This document shows, piece after piece, positions 63,505 through 64,000 of a stretch of DNA of 64,000 nt; positions within the stretch are counted from its first letter, which is position 1; each line of letters starts with the position of its first letter. Origin of the DNA: Hypanus sabinus (lineage: Eukaryota); the NCBI RefSeq assembly GCF_030144855.1, contig NC_082710.1:183582001-183646000 (forward strand), read 5' to 3'. The notes under the pieces were generated by a model. That model had not been told where the DNA came from. It saw only the letters and a list, made by a program, of their open reading frames with translations, and ran no database searches. The translations under genes were made by a program, and so were the position numbers.

Positions 63505-64000
63505 AGCTTCCACATCCCTCCTATAATGAGACAAACAGAACTGAACACAGTATTCCACGTGGGGTCTAACCAGAGTTTTGCAACATTACCTCACGGCTCT
63601 TGAACTCGATTCCCCAACTAATGAAGGCCAACCCACCGTCCGCCTTCTTAACCCCCCCATCCACTTGATGGACGTGGTCACCAAGATCCCTCTGTTCCTC
63701 CAGACTGCTAAAAATCTTGCCATTAACCCTGCATCTTCAAATTTGACCTTCCAAATTCACATGTCTCCGGATTCTCAGCTCAGCTTTGCATCCTGTCCAT
63801 GTTGCGTTGTAACCTACGGCAGCCTCCTGGACTGTCCACATACACTCATTGATAGTCTGAGCTATCACTCAATGAGGATGAGAGGTAGAAGATGACAAGT
63901 GGGCAACCAAAGGCAGGAAATGGCTAATACAAGGCAGCACAATTTCAGGGTGATTGGAGAGCAGTACACGGGGGGGACATCAGAGGAAGTTCTTTCCTTT

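Overview
Eukaryotic, repeat-dense genomic DNA. The repeat content (CR1 and Rex1/Babar-like LINEs, Penelope-like elements, V-SINE-like elements, Tc1/mariner) suggests a cartilaginous fish, probably a ray; this is inference. The genic content is a tandem butyrophilin (BTN/BTNL)-like cluster on the minus strand, most of which the ORF track misses. Gene A (3' half) has a transmembrane exon at 56418-56299, six 21- or 27-nt phase-1 micro-exons at 55177-42671, and a terminal B30.2/PRY-SPRY exon at 33806-33292. Its Ig exons must lie beyond 64000. Gene B (5' half) has a CpG-rich promoter and putative non-coding exon with an IRF element near 14.6 kb, a signal-peptide exon at 12331-12277 and an IgV exon at 9174-8812; the rest lies before position 1. 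A second copy of the promoter block sits at 24.9-25.5 kb with no coding exon of its own. Introns and the intergenic region hold five minisatellite arrays amplified from the 3' coding ends of LINEs (61-, 42- and 67-bp units, the largest about 7.8 kb), two G-rich minisatellites, a solo LTR, a fold-back mariner MITE, and a decayed Tc1 element carrying a nested RNase H-type LINE. All long ORFs in the track other than the Ig, B30.2 and TE pieces are repeat read-through. Exon calls were read by hand from splice signals and phase. Repeat boundaries and copy numbers are approximate.
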